From an uncultured Alphaproteobacteria bacterium (GTDB lineage: Bacteria > Pseudomonadota > Alphaproteobacteria > RF32 > CAG-239): a stretch of 64,000 nt of DNA. Location: contig CALXVZ010000001.1 in NCBI GenBank assembly GCA_944392235.1, forward strand, positions 19,059-83,058, read 5' to 3'. Under the pieces are notes generated by a model. That model saw nothing but the letters and a program-made list of their open reading frames with translations. It was not told the origin of the DNA and searched no databases. Each line of letters starts with the position of its first letter. The first letter of the stretch is position 1. Positions 9,785 to 18,414 of the stretch are shown here, piece after piece. Made by a program: the position numbers and the translations under genes.

Positions 9785-10701
9785 TGAAAATAGTTTTTAT
9801 GGGAACTCCGGATTTTGCTGTTCCGGTTTTAGAAGCTTTACTCAAAGAACATCAGGTTGTTGCTGTTTATACTCGCGCTCCGAAAGAAAGTGGAAGAGGA
9901 AAGAAAGTCAACAAAACACCTGTTCATCTGATAGCTGAACAGCATAATATTCCGGTTTTTACACCGAAGTCACTCAAAACTGACGATGAAATATCTCGTA
10001 TTAAATCTTTTGGGGCTGATGTTGCTATTGTTGCAGCTTATGGCTTGTTATTGCCTCAAGCCGTTCTCGATGCCTTTCCTAAAGGTTGTATCAATGTTCA
10101 TGCTTCGCTGTTACCAAGATGGCGTGGTGCTGCTCCTATTCAACGGTCTATTCAATTTGGTGATACAAAAAGCGGTATTTCCATTATGAAGATGGCTTTA
10201 GCTCTTGATGCCGGTGATGTTCTATCTCAGAAGTCTATTACCATCTCTCATGATATGACTGGTGGAGATTTGCACGATGCTTTAGCTCAAATTGGAGCTG
10301 GTTTATTAATCGACACTCTGCGTAATTTAGATGCACTTTCCCCTGTTAAACAAGAAGAATCGTTGGTAACATATGCAGAAAAATTAAATAAGGCTGAGTG
10401 TTTACTTGATTTTAATAGTGATGCTCGTGTTTTAATTAATAAAATAAGAGCATTCTCCCCCTATCCTGCAACCTACTTTACGTATCTTGGAGAACGTTTC
10501 AAAATTTATAAAGCTTCTGTTGTTCCGGGGCAAGGAAAACCTGGTGAAATTCTCTCTGATGGTAATACTTTAATTATCGCTGTTCAAAATAGTGAAGCTT
10601 TGAAAATTGAGAAAATTCAACGCGAAGGAAAACAACTTATGAATATCTCTGATTTATTACGCGGCTTCACGTTTTCTAAGGGGGATATTGTTAATTCTTA
10701 A
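9784..10701 (+). CDS. fmt: Methionyl-tRNA formyltransferase
   Basis: MKIVFMGTPDFAVP, INVHASLLPRWRGAAPIQR. The start overlaps the ppiD stop (ATAATG context). Confidence 0.95.
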   Translation: MKIVFMGTPDFAVPVLEALLKEHQVVAVYTRAPKESGRGKKVNKTPVHLIAEQHNIPVFTPKSLKTDDEISRIKSFGADVAIVAAYGLLLPQAVLDAFPKGCINVHASLLPRWRGAAPIQRSIQFGDTKSGISIMKMALALDAGDVLSQKSITISHDMTGGDLHDALAQIGAGLLIDTLRNLDALSPVKQEESLVTYAEKLNKAECLLDFNSDARVLINKIRAFSPYPATYFTYLGERFKIYKASVVPGQGKPGEILSDGNTLIIAVQNSEALKIEKIQREGKQLMNISDLLRGFTFSKGDIVNS

Positions 10702-10725
10702 TTATTTCTTGAATAATTTGTTTTT

Positions 10726-10755
10726 TTGCTTGATTATATAAAAATGTTGTATATA
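10726..10755 (+). promoter_or_regulatory. Candidate promoter for tRNA-Leu
   Basis: TTGCTT (10726-10731), about 17-18 nt spacer, then gTATATa, about 30 nt upstream of the tRNA 5' end. Confidence 0.3.
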
Positions 10756-10782
10756 CTCGGAGCAAATTTGTGGTTGTAATCC

Positions 10783-10866
10783 GCGGGCGTGGTGAAATTG
10801 GTAGACACGCTAGACTTAGGATCTAGTGGCTTTGCTGTGAGAGTTCGAGTCTCTCCGCCCGCACCA
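10783..10866 (+). tRNA. tRNA-Leu (anticodon TAG), encoded CCA
   Basis: Hand-folded. Acceptor gcgggcg / cgcccgc, anticodon stem ctaga / tctag with loop cTTAGga, long variable arm, T-loop gttcgagtc, 3' aCCA. Confidence 0.9.
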
Positions 10867-10906
10867 TTTCTTCTTGAAATGGTATTTTTTGTAGAGATTT
10901 AATAAA

Positions 10907-12235
10907 ATGAAGTTTAATGAATTAAAAGCAGATGGCTTATGCCGTGAATTTGATGTTACAATCAGTGCAGAAGATTTTAATGCAGAAGTTGAAAAGAAAT
11001 TGCACGCAATCGCTAAAAATGTTAGTATGGCTGGTTTTCGTGCTGGTAAAGTTCCTTTCGCTATGGTTCAAAAAAAATATCAGGCAAATGCTATGAGCGA
11101 AGCTTTAGATGATATGGTTCGTGATGGTGTTAATGATCTTTTGAAAGAAAATGATTTACGTCCAGTGTTTACTCCTGATGTTGAATTGAAAAAATTTGAA
11201 GAAGGTAAAGATATCGAATTCAAAGTTTCTATGGAAATTATGCCTAAAATCGAATTGAAAGATTTCTCTTCAATTAAACTCGAAAAAGTTGTTGCAGAAG
11301 TTCCTGCTGAAGAAGTCGAAAAAGCTTTGAATTATATGGCTCAAAGCCGTCGTGATACTGTTAAAGTTGAAGAAAATCGTGAAACAGCTAAAGGCGATAT
11401 CGCTGTTATTGATTTCGTTGGTTCTATTGATGGTGTTGAATTCCCTGGAGGAAAAGGTGAAGCTTATCCTCTTGAATTGGGTTCTAATTCTTTCATACCT
11501 GGTTATGAAGATCAACTTATTGGTAAAAAAGTAGGCGATGTTGTTGATGTAAAAGCAACTTTCCCTGAAAATTATCATGCTAAAGATTTAGCTGGTAAAG
11601 AAGCTCTTTTTGTTACAACTATTAAAGAAATCAGAGAAGTTAAAAAGGCTGAAATTAATGACGAATTTGCTAAATCTATGGGCGAAGAAAATTTGGATAA
11701 ATTAAAAGAAACTGTTAAATCTAAAATCGCTCAAGATTATGAAGCTGCTTCTAAGATGAAATTGAAACGTGCTTTGTTAGATGCCTTGGATAAAGCTTAT
11801 AAGTTCGATGTTCCTGCTAAATTAGTTGATATGGAATATGAATCCATTGTTAAACAATATGAAAATGCTAAGAAGAATAATCAACTTGATGAAGAAGAAA
11901 AAGCTAAAAAAGAAGAAGATTTACTCAAAGAATATAAAGAAATTGCTATTCGTAGAGTTAAACTTGGTTTATTGTTGGCTGAAGTTGGTAATGATGCTAA
12001 AGTTGAAGTTACTCAAGATGATATCAATAAAGCTATTATGAATGAAGCTCAACGTTACCCAATGCAGGCAAAGGCTATCTTTGACTTTTATTTGAAAAAT
12101 AAAGAGGCTATCGAACGTTTGCGTACTTCTGTTTATGAAGAAAAAGTTATTGATTATGTTCTTTCTAAAGTTGAAACTAAAGAAAAAACTGTTTCTGTTG
12201 AAGAACTTTACAACTTTGATGAGAAAGCAGCATAA
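10907..12235 (+). CDS. tig: Trigger factor
   Basis: 442 aa with GFRAGKVP, an FKBP-type middle domain (DFVGSIDGVEFPGGKGE...GSNSFIPGYEDQLIG) and a C-terminal helical domain. Confidence 0.95.
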   Translation: MKFNELKADGLCREFDVTISAEDFNAEVEKKLHAIAKNVSMAGFRAGKVPFAMVQKKYQANAMSEALDDMVRDGVNDLLKENDLRPVFTPDVELKKFEEGKDIEFKVSMEIMPKIELKDFSSIKLEKVVAEVPAEEVEKALNYMAQSRRDTVKVEENRETAKGDIAVIDFVGSIDGVEFPGGKGEAYPLELGSNSFIPGYEDQLIGKKVGDVVDVKATFPENYHAKDLAGKEALFVTTIKEIREVKKAEINDEFAKSMGEENLDKLKETVKSKIAQDYEAASKMKLKRALLDALDKAYKFDVPAKLVDMEYESIVKQYENAKKNNQLDEEEKAKKEEDLLKEYKEIAIRRVKLGLLLAEVGNDAKVEVTQDDINKAIMNEAQRYPMQAKAIFDFYLKNKEAIERLRTSVYEEKVIDYVLSKVETKEKTVSVEELYNFDEKAA

Positions 12236-12264
12236 TTTATTGTATTCTTTCACTCTAGAAAGAT

Positions 12265-12295
12265 AAAGCTCTTACTTCGGTAAGAGCTTTTTTAT
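12265..12295 (+). terminator. Intrinsic terminator after tig
   Basis: 11-bp stem aaagctcttac / gtaagagcttt with ttcg loop and T-run. Confidence 0.8.
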
Positions 12296-12364
12296 TAGTT
12301 ACCTTACAGCCTCTCACATTTTAATAAGGATAGAATGCTCACAGCAATGATGCTATAAGAAGGT

Positions 12365-12775
12365 ATGGAAGTTGCACTAGGTCAACATAGTGTTTATCGT
12401 TTAAGTTTCTATATAATTTTTGGGAAAGTATTGTCGTCATATTCTAAAGCCTGGTGTCGTAGATTATATAAAGAAATTATTACCCAAACTACTAATAAGT
12501 ATCTTCAGTGTGAGATAGAGATGATTGGCTTTGATAAAGACCATATTTATTTTATAATGATAATTCCAACAAAATATACATTAGTCGATGTAATTGCTAA
12601 ATTGTAAAGCTAATCATCATCGCAAATAAAAGCCATGTTTATTTGGCTCAGCAATGTATATTTTAAGAAAAAAGCGTTTTGGTCAAGTGATATTTCATCA
12701 GTAGCGTTGGCGCGAATGAAGAACTAATTAAAAATTATATGAAGTATCAAGGTTATGTCAAATCCGTTTGCTGCT
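12365..12775 (+). pseudogene. Decayed IS200/IS605-family Y1 transposase (tnpA) relic
   Basis: HSVYRLSFYIIFG..., FDKDHIYFIMIIPTKYTLVDVIAKL*S*SSSQ...FWSSDISSV, then after a frameshift VGANEELIKNYMKYQG. This follows the TnpA order (HxVYHLxYH, pDHVHLL, P.yS...iv..lKg.SS, lWs.sYF..SvG...e..I..YI..Q). It carries in-frame stops, at least one frameshift, and a damaged HUH motif (H-I-Y). Confidence 0.65.
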
Positions 12776-13058
12776 GTAAAGAAAGCTCCAAAAAGCGCCT
12801 TTTCTTTAGAAGCATCTGTTTACTGGGGAATCTATTAATTTCTTATCATCTGCACGCTTCTTTCAATACTCCTTCTTTACACAAAAAATCATTTAATGCT
12901 GCTCTATTTACAAAAGTATGTAGTGTTTTACATATTTCACTAAACTGGCAATAGTATCTTTTCTCATGTATATATTGTGACATAGTTCCCCTTTATTTTA
13001 TTATTGCCTATTTTGTTTTTTCATGATATATGTCCTATGAATTTTAAATTATTTTGAT

Positions 13059-13622
13059 ATGAAAAAGTTTACTATTTTGTTTATTGCATGTATTGTAATG
13101 TTTTGTGTGTCTTGTGCCTCAGATTCTGAGCATAGAAAAGCATCTAAAAATGCATCTTCACCGGTCTCTCAGCCTTTAAGCTTAACAGAACTTGTAAAAA
13201 AAGATACTGTTGTGGCGGCAATGATTGTTCATGAACGCGATTCATGTTCATCACCGAGTGTAGCATATATACTTCTTGCCAGTGGTAAAGTGTTATGCTT
13301 TGATAAAGCTGTAACAACCGCTCCTTTTACCCTTGATATAGCTAAAATTCTTTTTGAAGTGCTTATTTCAAATAAGTTTACAAATACACAAAAAATACCC
13401 TCTAATGCTGAAAAATGTGGTTCTGTTGTTGCTACATTGACTGCTCGGGGGAGCAATTCATCATCCTCTGCAGTGCCATGTTTGGACTATACCCTTTTTG
13501 ATGATGGTAAAGTAATGTGTTTTTATAAAACTGCTGCAACTATTCCTTTTACTCTTGAAGAAGCTAAAATTCTTTTGGAAGCCAAGACACAAGGAAAAAT
13601 ATTTATCAATAGTGCCGAATGA
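13059..13622 (+). CDS. Hypothetical lipoprotein with an internal tandem duplication
   Basis: Lipobox-like MFCVSC-A. The two related modules are ...GKVLCFDKAVTTAPFTLDIAKILFEVL... and ...GKVMCFYKTAATIPFTLEEAKILLEAK.... It has its own terminator. Confidence 0.6.
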   Translation: MKKFTILFIACIVMFCVSCASDSEHRKASKNASSPVSQPLSLTELVKKDTVVAAMIVHERDSCSSPSVAYILLASGKVLCFDKAVTTAPFTLDIAKILFEVLISNKFTNTQKIPSNAEKCGSVVATLTARGSNSSSSAVPCLDYTLFDDGKVMCFYKTAATIPFTLEEAKILLEAKTQGKIFINSAE

Positions 13623-13640
13623 GTTTTTTCTCTTTTATTC

Positions 13641-13668
13641 AGACAGTTCTTTTGAACTGTCTTTTTTG
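13641..13668 (+). terminator. Intrinsic terminator after the lipoprotein gene
   Basis: agacagttc / gaactgtct stem plus T6. Confidence 0.75.
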
Positions 13669-13749
13669 TTTTTTCTATTATTGACAAAATTCCTATCTTT
13701 GCTTATATCTCTTGAGTTAAAAAATTATTATATATTTAATTTTCTTATT

Positions 13750-13899
13750 ATGAAAAAATTTAATTTGGCTGGAAAACTTATTCTGGCATTTTCTTTATTT
13801 TGTATAATCGTAGTTCTTATGATTATTTGTCTGCATTATATGCACAACGTACCTGTGCAATATCATCAAAACTATCCTTGTGGTAGTGATGATGTTTGA
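13750..13899 (+). CDS. Small (49-aa) single-TM protein, hypothetical
   Basis: MKKFNLAGKLILAFSLFCIIVVLMIICLHYM.... It lies between two clean terminators, which argues for an independent small transcription unit. No homology was recognised. Confidence 0.35.
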   Translation: MKKFNLAGKLILAFSLFCIIVVLMIICLHYMHNVPVQYHQNYPCGSDDV

Positions 13900-13902
13900 G
13901 AA

Positions 13903-13940
13903 AAGACTGTTTGATACTTCATACAGTCTTTTTATTTTTT
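13903..13940 (+). terminator. Intrinsic terminator after the small ORF
   Basis: aagactgt / acagtctt stem followed by a T-rich run. Confidence 0.65.
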
Positions 13941-14261
13941 TGATAGTTTTATAAATATCTCTTGTTATTAATGATTGTTTTCTATTTCTGATTTAAATAT
14001 TGATATTTGTTTGATTTTCTTTCGCTTTTTCGTAAATTTTATCCCCCCCCTCAATCTATTATTAATATTTTGATGTGATTGATATATTTTCTACATACAA
14101 ACTATTATGCATTATATTCTTTGTGATATTTAACCTTAAAGCATATATATTTCTCTCTATAAAGATATTTTTTATTTCTTTGCTGTCCATATTTTTTAGT
14201 TGCAAAAATATCTCTCTTTTGATAGATTTGTTTTAGTTTATTCTATTTTCAAGAGGTCGCT

Positions 14262-15125
14262 ATGCTAAAAGTTGGTATGGATATATTGATGGATTCATTA
14301 TACGAAACATTAGCTCTGTTTCCATATCTCTTTTTAACCTACTTAGCTTTGGAATTTCTTGAGCATAAAATGTCTAAAAGGACGCTTGCCTATATTAAAA
14401 AATCGGGAAAATATGGGCCTCTTGTCGGCGGTCTCTTGGGGCTTATTCCTCAATGTGGTTTTTCTGTAGCAGCTGCCAATCTCTATACCACGGGAATTAT
14501 TACTTTAGGTGCTCTTATTGCAATCTTTCTTTCTACTTCCGATGAAATGATTCCCATCCTTATTTCCGGTGGAATGAGTATGGGATTAATTGTGCAAATC
14601 CTTTGCATTAAAGTTTTCTTTGCAATCTCTAGCGGTATCCTTATTGATATGTTTCTTCCTCAAAAATTTATTAAGCATAAAAGAGAACCGGAAATCGGAG
14701 CCTTTTGTAAAAGAGAGCATTGCCAATGTGATGATAAGGAAAATATTTGGCATTCTGCTTTTATTCATACTGAAAAAATCAGTCTCTTTATCTTTTTCTT
14801 CTCTCTAATTATTAATGCTGCTTTTGTTTTTGGTGGACGAGAAACTATTCATAATATGCTTGTCGGGTTTCCTATTTTTAGCAAATTTATCGCAGCTGCT
14901 GTTGGACTTATTCCTAGTTGCTATCCCTCTGTTCTGCTTACTCAATTATTCATAGATAATGCTATTAGCCTCGGAACTATGATTGCAGGCACTCTTAGCA
15001 ATGCAGGATTGGGATATTTTGTTCTTTTTAGAGTTAATCCTAATGAAAAAGAAAATTTGCGTATCCTTGCTCTGCTTTATATCTTTGGTGTCGGTTTTGG
15101 TATTATCTCGGAATTTCTTTTTTAG
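14262..15125 (+). CDS. Polytopic membrane protein of the 'putative manganese / 10-TM heavy-metal exporter' (ArsP_2-like) family
   Basis: LGLIPQCGFSVAAANLYTTGIITLGALIAIFLSTSDEMIPIL, and a second half with GLIPSCYPSVLLTQLF, matches my recollection of that family's duplicated motif. SD agagg precedes the ATG. Confidence 0.5.
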   Translation: MLKVGMDILMDSLYETLALFPYLFLTYLALEFLEHKMSKRTLAYIKKSGKYGPLVGGLLGLIPQCGFSVAAANLYTTGIITLGALIAIFLSTSDEMIPILISGGMSMGLIVQILCIKVFFAISSGILIDMFLPQKFIKHKREPEIGAFCKREHCQCDDKENIWHSAFIHTEKISLFIFFFSLIINAAFVFGGRETIHNMLVGFPIFSKFIAAAVGLIPSCYPSVLLTQLFIDNAISLGTMIAGTLSNAGLGYFVLFRVNPNEKENLRILALLYIFGVGFGIISEFLF

Positions 15126-15965
15126 CTATTCTTGATACTTCTCTCTCAATAGTGATATTTCTTTTGCGTATCCATCTAACTCGTTCGGTGTTTCTAAATT
15201 AATCGGTATCCCTTTTAAGGCCGGATGATTGATAAATCTTATTACAGCATCTTCTCCCAGACTTCCTTTGCCGATACATTCATGTCTATCCTTATGAGAG
15301 TTATATTCTGTCATACTGTCATTCAAATGTATCGCTTGTAATCTATTTAATCCGATAATCTGATCAAATTCTTCCAGTACTTCATCCAGATGATTAACTA
15401 TGTCATATCCTGCTGAATAAACATGGCATGTATCTAAACACACACCTAGTTTTTCCGGAGAATTTATTTTGGTTTGTGATATTATTTCTGCAAGTTCCTC
15501 AAATTTTGATCCTACCTCACTTCCCTTGCCTGACATTGTTTCTAACAATACTGTCGTGTTCTTTGCCTCAGGCATTACAGTATCTAAAATTTCTACAATC
15601 TGGGGAATAGCGATTTTAATTCCTTGTCCTACATGTGAACCTGGATGAAAATTATATAAATTTCCAGGAATATTCTCCATCCTTTTTAAGTCATCCGCAA
15701 ATACATTTTTGGCAAATTCTCTAATTGATGCATCTTTTGAGCATGGATTTAATGTATATGGCGCATGTGCTAAGATTTTTCCAAATTTATTCTCTTGAGC
15801 TATCTTTTTATATTTCTCAACATCTGCCTTCTTTATCTCCTTCGCGGCTCCTCCTCTAGGATTTCTTAGAAAAAATTGAAAGGTATTGGCATTTAATTTT
15901 ACGGCTGTTTCTCCCATTGCCGCAAATCCGTTTGATGATGATAGATGACATCCAAGATATAACAT
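15126..15965 (-). CDS. nfo: Deoxyribonuclease IV (endonuclease IV)
   Basis: [64 protein letters not shown]...DRHE. Start set at the internal Met, which is preceded by aaggaa. The longer ORF adds a K-rich leader. Confidence 0.9.
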   Translation of the reverse strand: MLYLGCHLSSSNGFAAMGETAVKLNANTFQFFLRNPRGGAAKEIKKADVEKYKKIAQENKFGKILAHAPYTLNPCSKDASIREFAKNVFADDLKRMENIPGNLYNFHPGSHVGQGIKIAIPQIVEILDTVMPEAKNTTVLLETMSGKGSEVGSKFEELAEIISQTKINSPEKLGVCLDTCHVYSAGYDIVNHLDEVLEEFDQIIGLNRLQAIHLNDSMTEYNSHKDRHECIGKGSLGEDAVIRFINHPALKGIPINLETPNELDGYAKEISLLREKYQE

Positions 15966-16100
15966 TTTGTATTCCTTTGCTCTTTCATGTTTCCTTTTAT
16001 CATTATTATATTTCTTTTTTATCGTCAATTTTTTTTGCAAACATACTAAAAAAAGCTTGTATTCTTACTTTTTTTTGTGTAAAACTATTTCGTCGGTTGG

Positions 16101-16177
16101 CGGAACGTAGTTCAGCCTGGTAGAACGCTGCGTTCGGGTCGCAGAGGTCAGTGGTTCGAATCCACCCGTTCCGACCA
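16101..16177 (+). tRNA. tRNA-Pro (anticodon CGG), encoded CCA
   Basis: Hand-folded. Acceptor cggaacg / cgttccg (C1:G72, as is typical for bacterial tRNA-Pro), anticodon stem ctgcg / cgcag with loop ttCGGgt, T-loop ttcgaat. Confidence 0.9.
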
Positions 16178-16184
16178 TTTTATT

Positions 16185-16217
16185 GAAAGCGAGAGGTTTT
16201 TCTTTCGCTTTTTTTCT
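16185..16217 (+). terminator. Terminator after tRNA-Pro
   Basis: gaaagcga ... tcgctttt stem followed by a T-run. Confidence 0.5.
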
Positions 16218-16228
16218 TTATATACAAC

Positions 16229-16266
16229 AAAAAACCCCGCTTGATTACTGCGGGGTTTTTATTTTC
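16229..16266 (-). terminator. Intrinsic terminator after rplS (bidirectional shape)
   Basis: aaaaccccgc / gcggggtttt stem flanked by A- and T-runs. Confidence 0.75.
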
Positions 16267-16280
16267 CTATGAGCTATGCC

Positions 16281-16664
16281 CTAGTCTGCATTCTTCTTTG
16301 CTTGTGCAGACAAATCATCTGCAATACGTGCAGAACGACCACGTAACGCGCGCAAGAAGTATAATTTAGCTCTTCTTACTTTACCTACACGTGTTACTTC
16401 GATTTTTGCTACATTTGGTGAGTATAACGGGAATACACGTTCTACACCTTCACCGAATGAAATCTTACGAACCGTAAATGATGAATTTAATCCATCATTC
16501 TTACGGGCAATGCATACACCTTCGTAAATTTGGATACGTTCACGATCGCCTTCTTTTACTTTGGTGTGAACTTTTAGGGTATCACCAGCTTTGAAATCAG
16601 GAATGTTTTTTCCTTCAGTCAATTTGGCTACTTGCTCTTGTTCAATATTCTCTAAAATATTCAT
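16281..16664 (-). CDS. rplS: 50S ribosomal protein L19
   Basis: [11 protein letters not shown]...[36 protein letters not shown]...[21 protein letters not shown]. The 207-aa track ORF is an upstream read-through overlapping trmD. I used the Met that gives a 127-aa product. Confidence 0.95.
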   Translation of the reverse strand: MNILENIEQEQVAKLTEGKNIPDFKAGDTLKVHTKVKEGDRERIQIYEGVCIARKNDGLNSSFTVRKISFGEGVERVFPLYSPNVAKIEVTRVGKVRRAKLYFLRALRGRSARIADDLSAQAKKNAD

Positions 16665-16704
16665 CAGTTTTACCTTTTTTATCAAATTTTTTAACTTTAT
16701 ACAC

Positions 16705-17397
16705 CTAACTATTTTTAGAATCAAGATATTTCTTAAATAAGTCAGGTCGCTTAGCCCTTGTTGCGTTTTCTGCTTGTTTTTTGCGCCACTCTTCAATCTT
16801 CTGATGATGACCAGAAAGTAATATTTCCGGAACTTTCCTTCCTTTCCATTCCACCGGGCGGGTGTATTGGGGGTATTCCAATAAATTACTTTCGAAGCTT
16901 TCATCTTCTATTGATGCTTCATTTCCTAACACACCGGGCAATAATCTTATTACTGAATCTAACATTATTTGCGCGGCTTGTTCGCCTCCGGTTAATATAT
17001 AGTCGCCTATGCTTATCTCTTCCACGTTATACTCTTCTATGATACGTTCATCTATCCCTTCAAAGCGTCCGCATATTACTGTTATGCTACTTTCTTTTGA
17101 TAGTTCATGGCTCATTTTCTGAGTTAGAGGTTTCCCTCTCGGGCTCATATAAATAATGCGTCCTCCTTGGTAATTTGCATCAATTGCTTTCCCAAGTATA
17201 TCTGCGCGCATTATCATCCCTGCTCCGCCGCCACATGGCGTATCATCTACCGATTTGTGTTTATCTTCAGCATAATCGCGAATGTTTATGGCTTCTATTT
17301 GCCACTTCTTTTCTTCTAACGCTTTTCCTGTTAATGAATATCCCAAAAATCCAGGAAATATTTCAGGAAATACCGTTAGAACTTTTACACTTAGCAT
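16705..17397 (-). CDS. trmD: tRNA (guanine37-N1)-methyltransferase
   Basis: [50 protein letters not shown]. Confidence 0.95.
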   Translation of the reverse strand: MLSVKVLTVFPEIFPGFLGYSLTGKALEEKKWQIEAINIRDYAEDKHKSVDDTPCGGGAGMIMRADILGKAIDANYQGGRIIYMSPRGKPLTQKMSHELSKESSITVICGRFEGIDERIIEEYNVEEISIGDYILTGGEQAAQIMLDSVIRLLPGVLGNEASIEDESFESNLLEYPQYTRPVEWKGRKVPEILLSGHHQKIEEWRKKQAENATRAKRPDLFKKYLDSKNS

Positions 17398-17927
17398 TCT
17401 TTAGAATCCTCTTCGTCTTCTATGAATACCATACCGGTTGACGCTACAATAATATATCCTTCTTCAAGATTTATTTCCGGAACGTAACCTTTATTAAAAG
17501 GTAACATCTCTGAACGTCCGCTTTGCAGTTTAATTTCTAAAATATCGCCAGCTCCGAAATTATAAAATCCCGTTACTTTTGCTACTTCTTTCTTTTCAGC
17601 ATTTAGTACTTTTAAGCCTATCAAATCGGCTTCATAATACTCTTCTTCCTCTTTAATTTCTGGAAGAACGCCTCTGGCCGCATATAGCTCTGTTCCAATC
17701 AGGGTTTCTGCCTGTGTGCGGTCTTCAACACCTGATATCTTTACACGAAGCAAATCTTTTGAATGGCCGGTAACTTTTAAGTTAAAATGCTTTGTTTCGG
17801 TTTTATCTTCTAATGTTCCATAGTTGGCTATATCTTTATCTACAACTGTGTAGCTTTTGACTTTTACTTCGCCTTTTATGCCATGGACACCGACTATCTT
17901 TCCTAAACAAACGCGTTTTTCACTCAT
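17391..17927 (-). CDS. rimM: 16S rRNA processing protein RimM
   Basis: GKIVGVHGIKGEVKV, EYYEADLIGLKV, and its position between rpsP and trmD. Confidence 0.9.
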   Translation of the reverse strand: MSEKRVCLGKIVGVHGIKGEVKVKSYTVVDKDIANYGTLEDKTETKHFNLKVTGHSKDLLRVKISGVEDRTQAETLIGTELYAARGVLPEIKEEEEYYEADLIGLKVLNAEKKEVAKVTGFYNFGAGDILEIKLQSGRSEMLPFNKGYVPEINLEEGYIIVASTGMVFIEDEEDSKEC

Positions 17928-17977
17928 CAGATTACCTATCGCAACATATTCTTATTGTCTCTTAAAAGAACTTCAGA

Positions 17978-18370
17978 TTAAGCTTCTGCAGATGCTTCTT
18001 CAGCTGCTGCTGCGGCTGCTTCGGCTGCCGCTCTTGCTTTTTCTTCTTTTTCTTTAATTCTCTCTAAAGCTTTTGCTTTTGGAGCTGATTTCTTTGGCTG
18101 ATTGTGAATTTTTGGTGCTTCACAAATTCCTAAATTTGCAAATAATTTTTGCAATCTTTCTGTTGGTTGTGCACCTTTAGCAAGCCAAGATTTTACTTTT
18201 TCAATATCAAGAACTAATCTGTCTTGATGATCTTGCGGTAACAATGGATTGTAAGAACCCAATTTTTCAATAAATCTACCGTCACGAGGAGCTCTTTGAT
18301 CGGCAGCTACTACGCGATAGTATGGGTGCTTCTTTGATCCACCGCGAGAAAGTCTAATACGAACTGTCAT
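17978..18370 (-). CDS. rpsP: 30S ribosomal protein S16 with an Ala/Glu/Lys-rich C-terminal extension
   Basis: MTVRIRLSRGGSKKHPYYRVVAADQRAPRDGRFIEKLGSYNP. Confidence 0.95.
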   Translation of the reverse strand: MTVRIRLSRGGSKKHPYYRVVAADQRAPRDGRFIEKLGSYNPLLPQDHQDRLVLDIEKVKSWLAKGAQPTERLQKLFANLGICEAPKIHNQPKKSAPKAKALERIKEKEEKARAAAEAAAAAAEEASAEA

Positions 18371-18414
18371 TTTTTTCCTTTCCAGTTATTTATTTGTTTG
18401 TTTCGTTCTTCCGC

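Noticed and set aside
12739-12954. 71-aa ORF (MKYQGYVKSV...) as an independent gene.
   Set aside because: Its first residues are the C-terminal YI..Q motif of the decayed tnpA read in the shifted frame. The remainder is a read-through with no features.
13941-14261. A possible Mn2+ (yybP-ykoY) or other riboswitch upstream of the putative manganese/heavy-metal exporter.
   Set aside because: The leader is almost pure A/T. It has no conserved GC-paired helices and none of the characteristic riboswitch core sequences I can recall.
16665-16904. N-terminal 80-aa extension of the rplS ORF (the 207-aa version).
   Set aside because: The extension overlaps the 3' end of trmD and has no similarity to L19. 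The canonical L19 N-terminus starts at the internal Met (16664).
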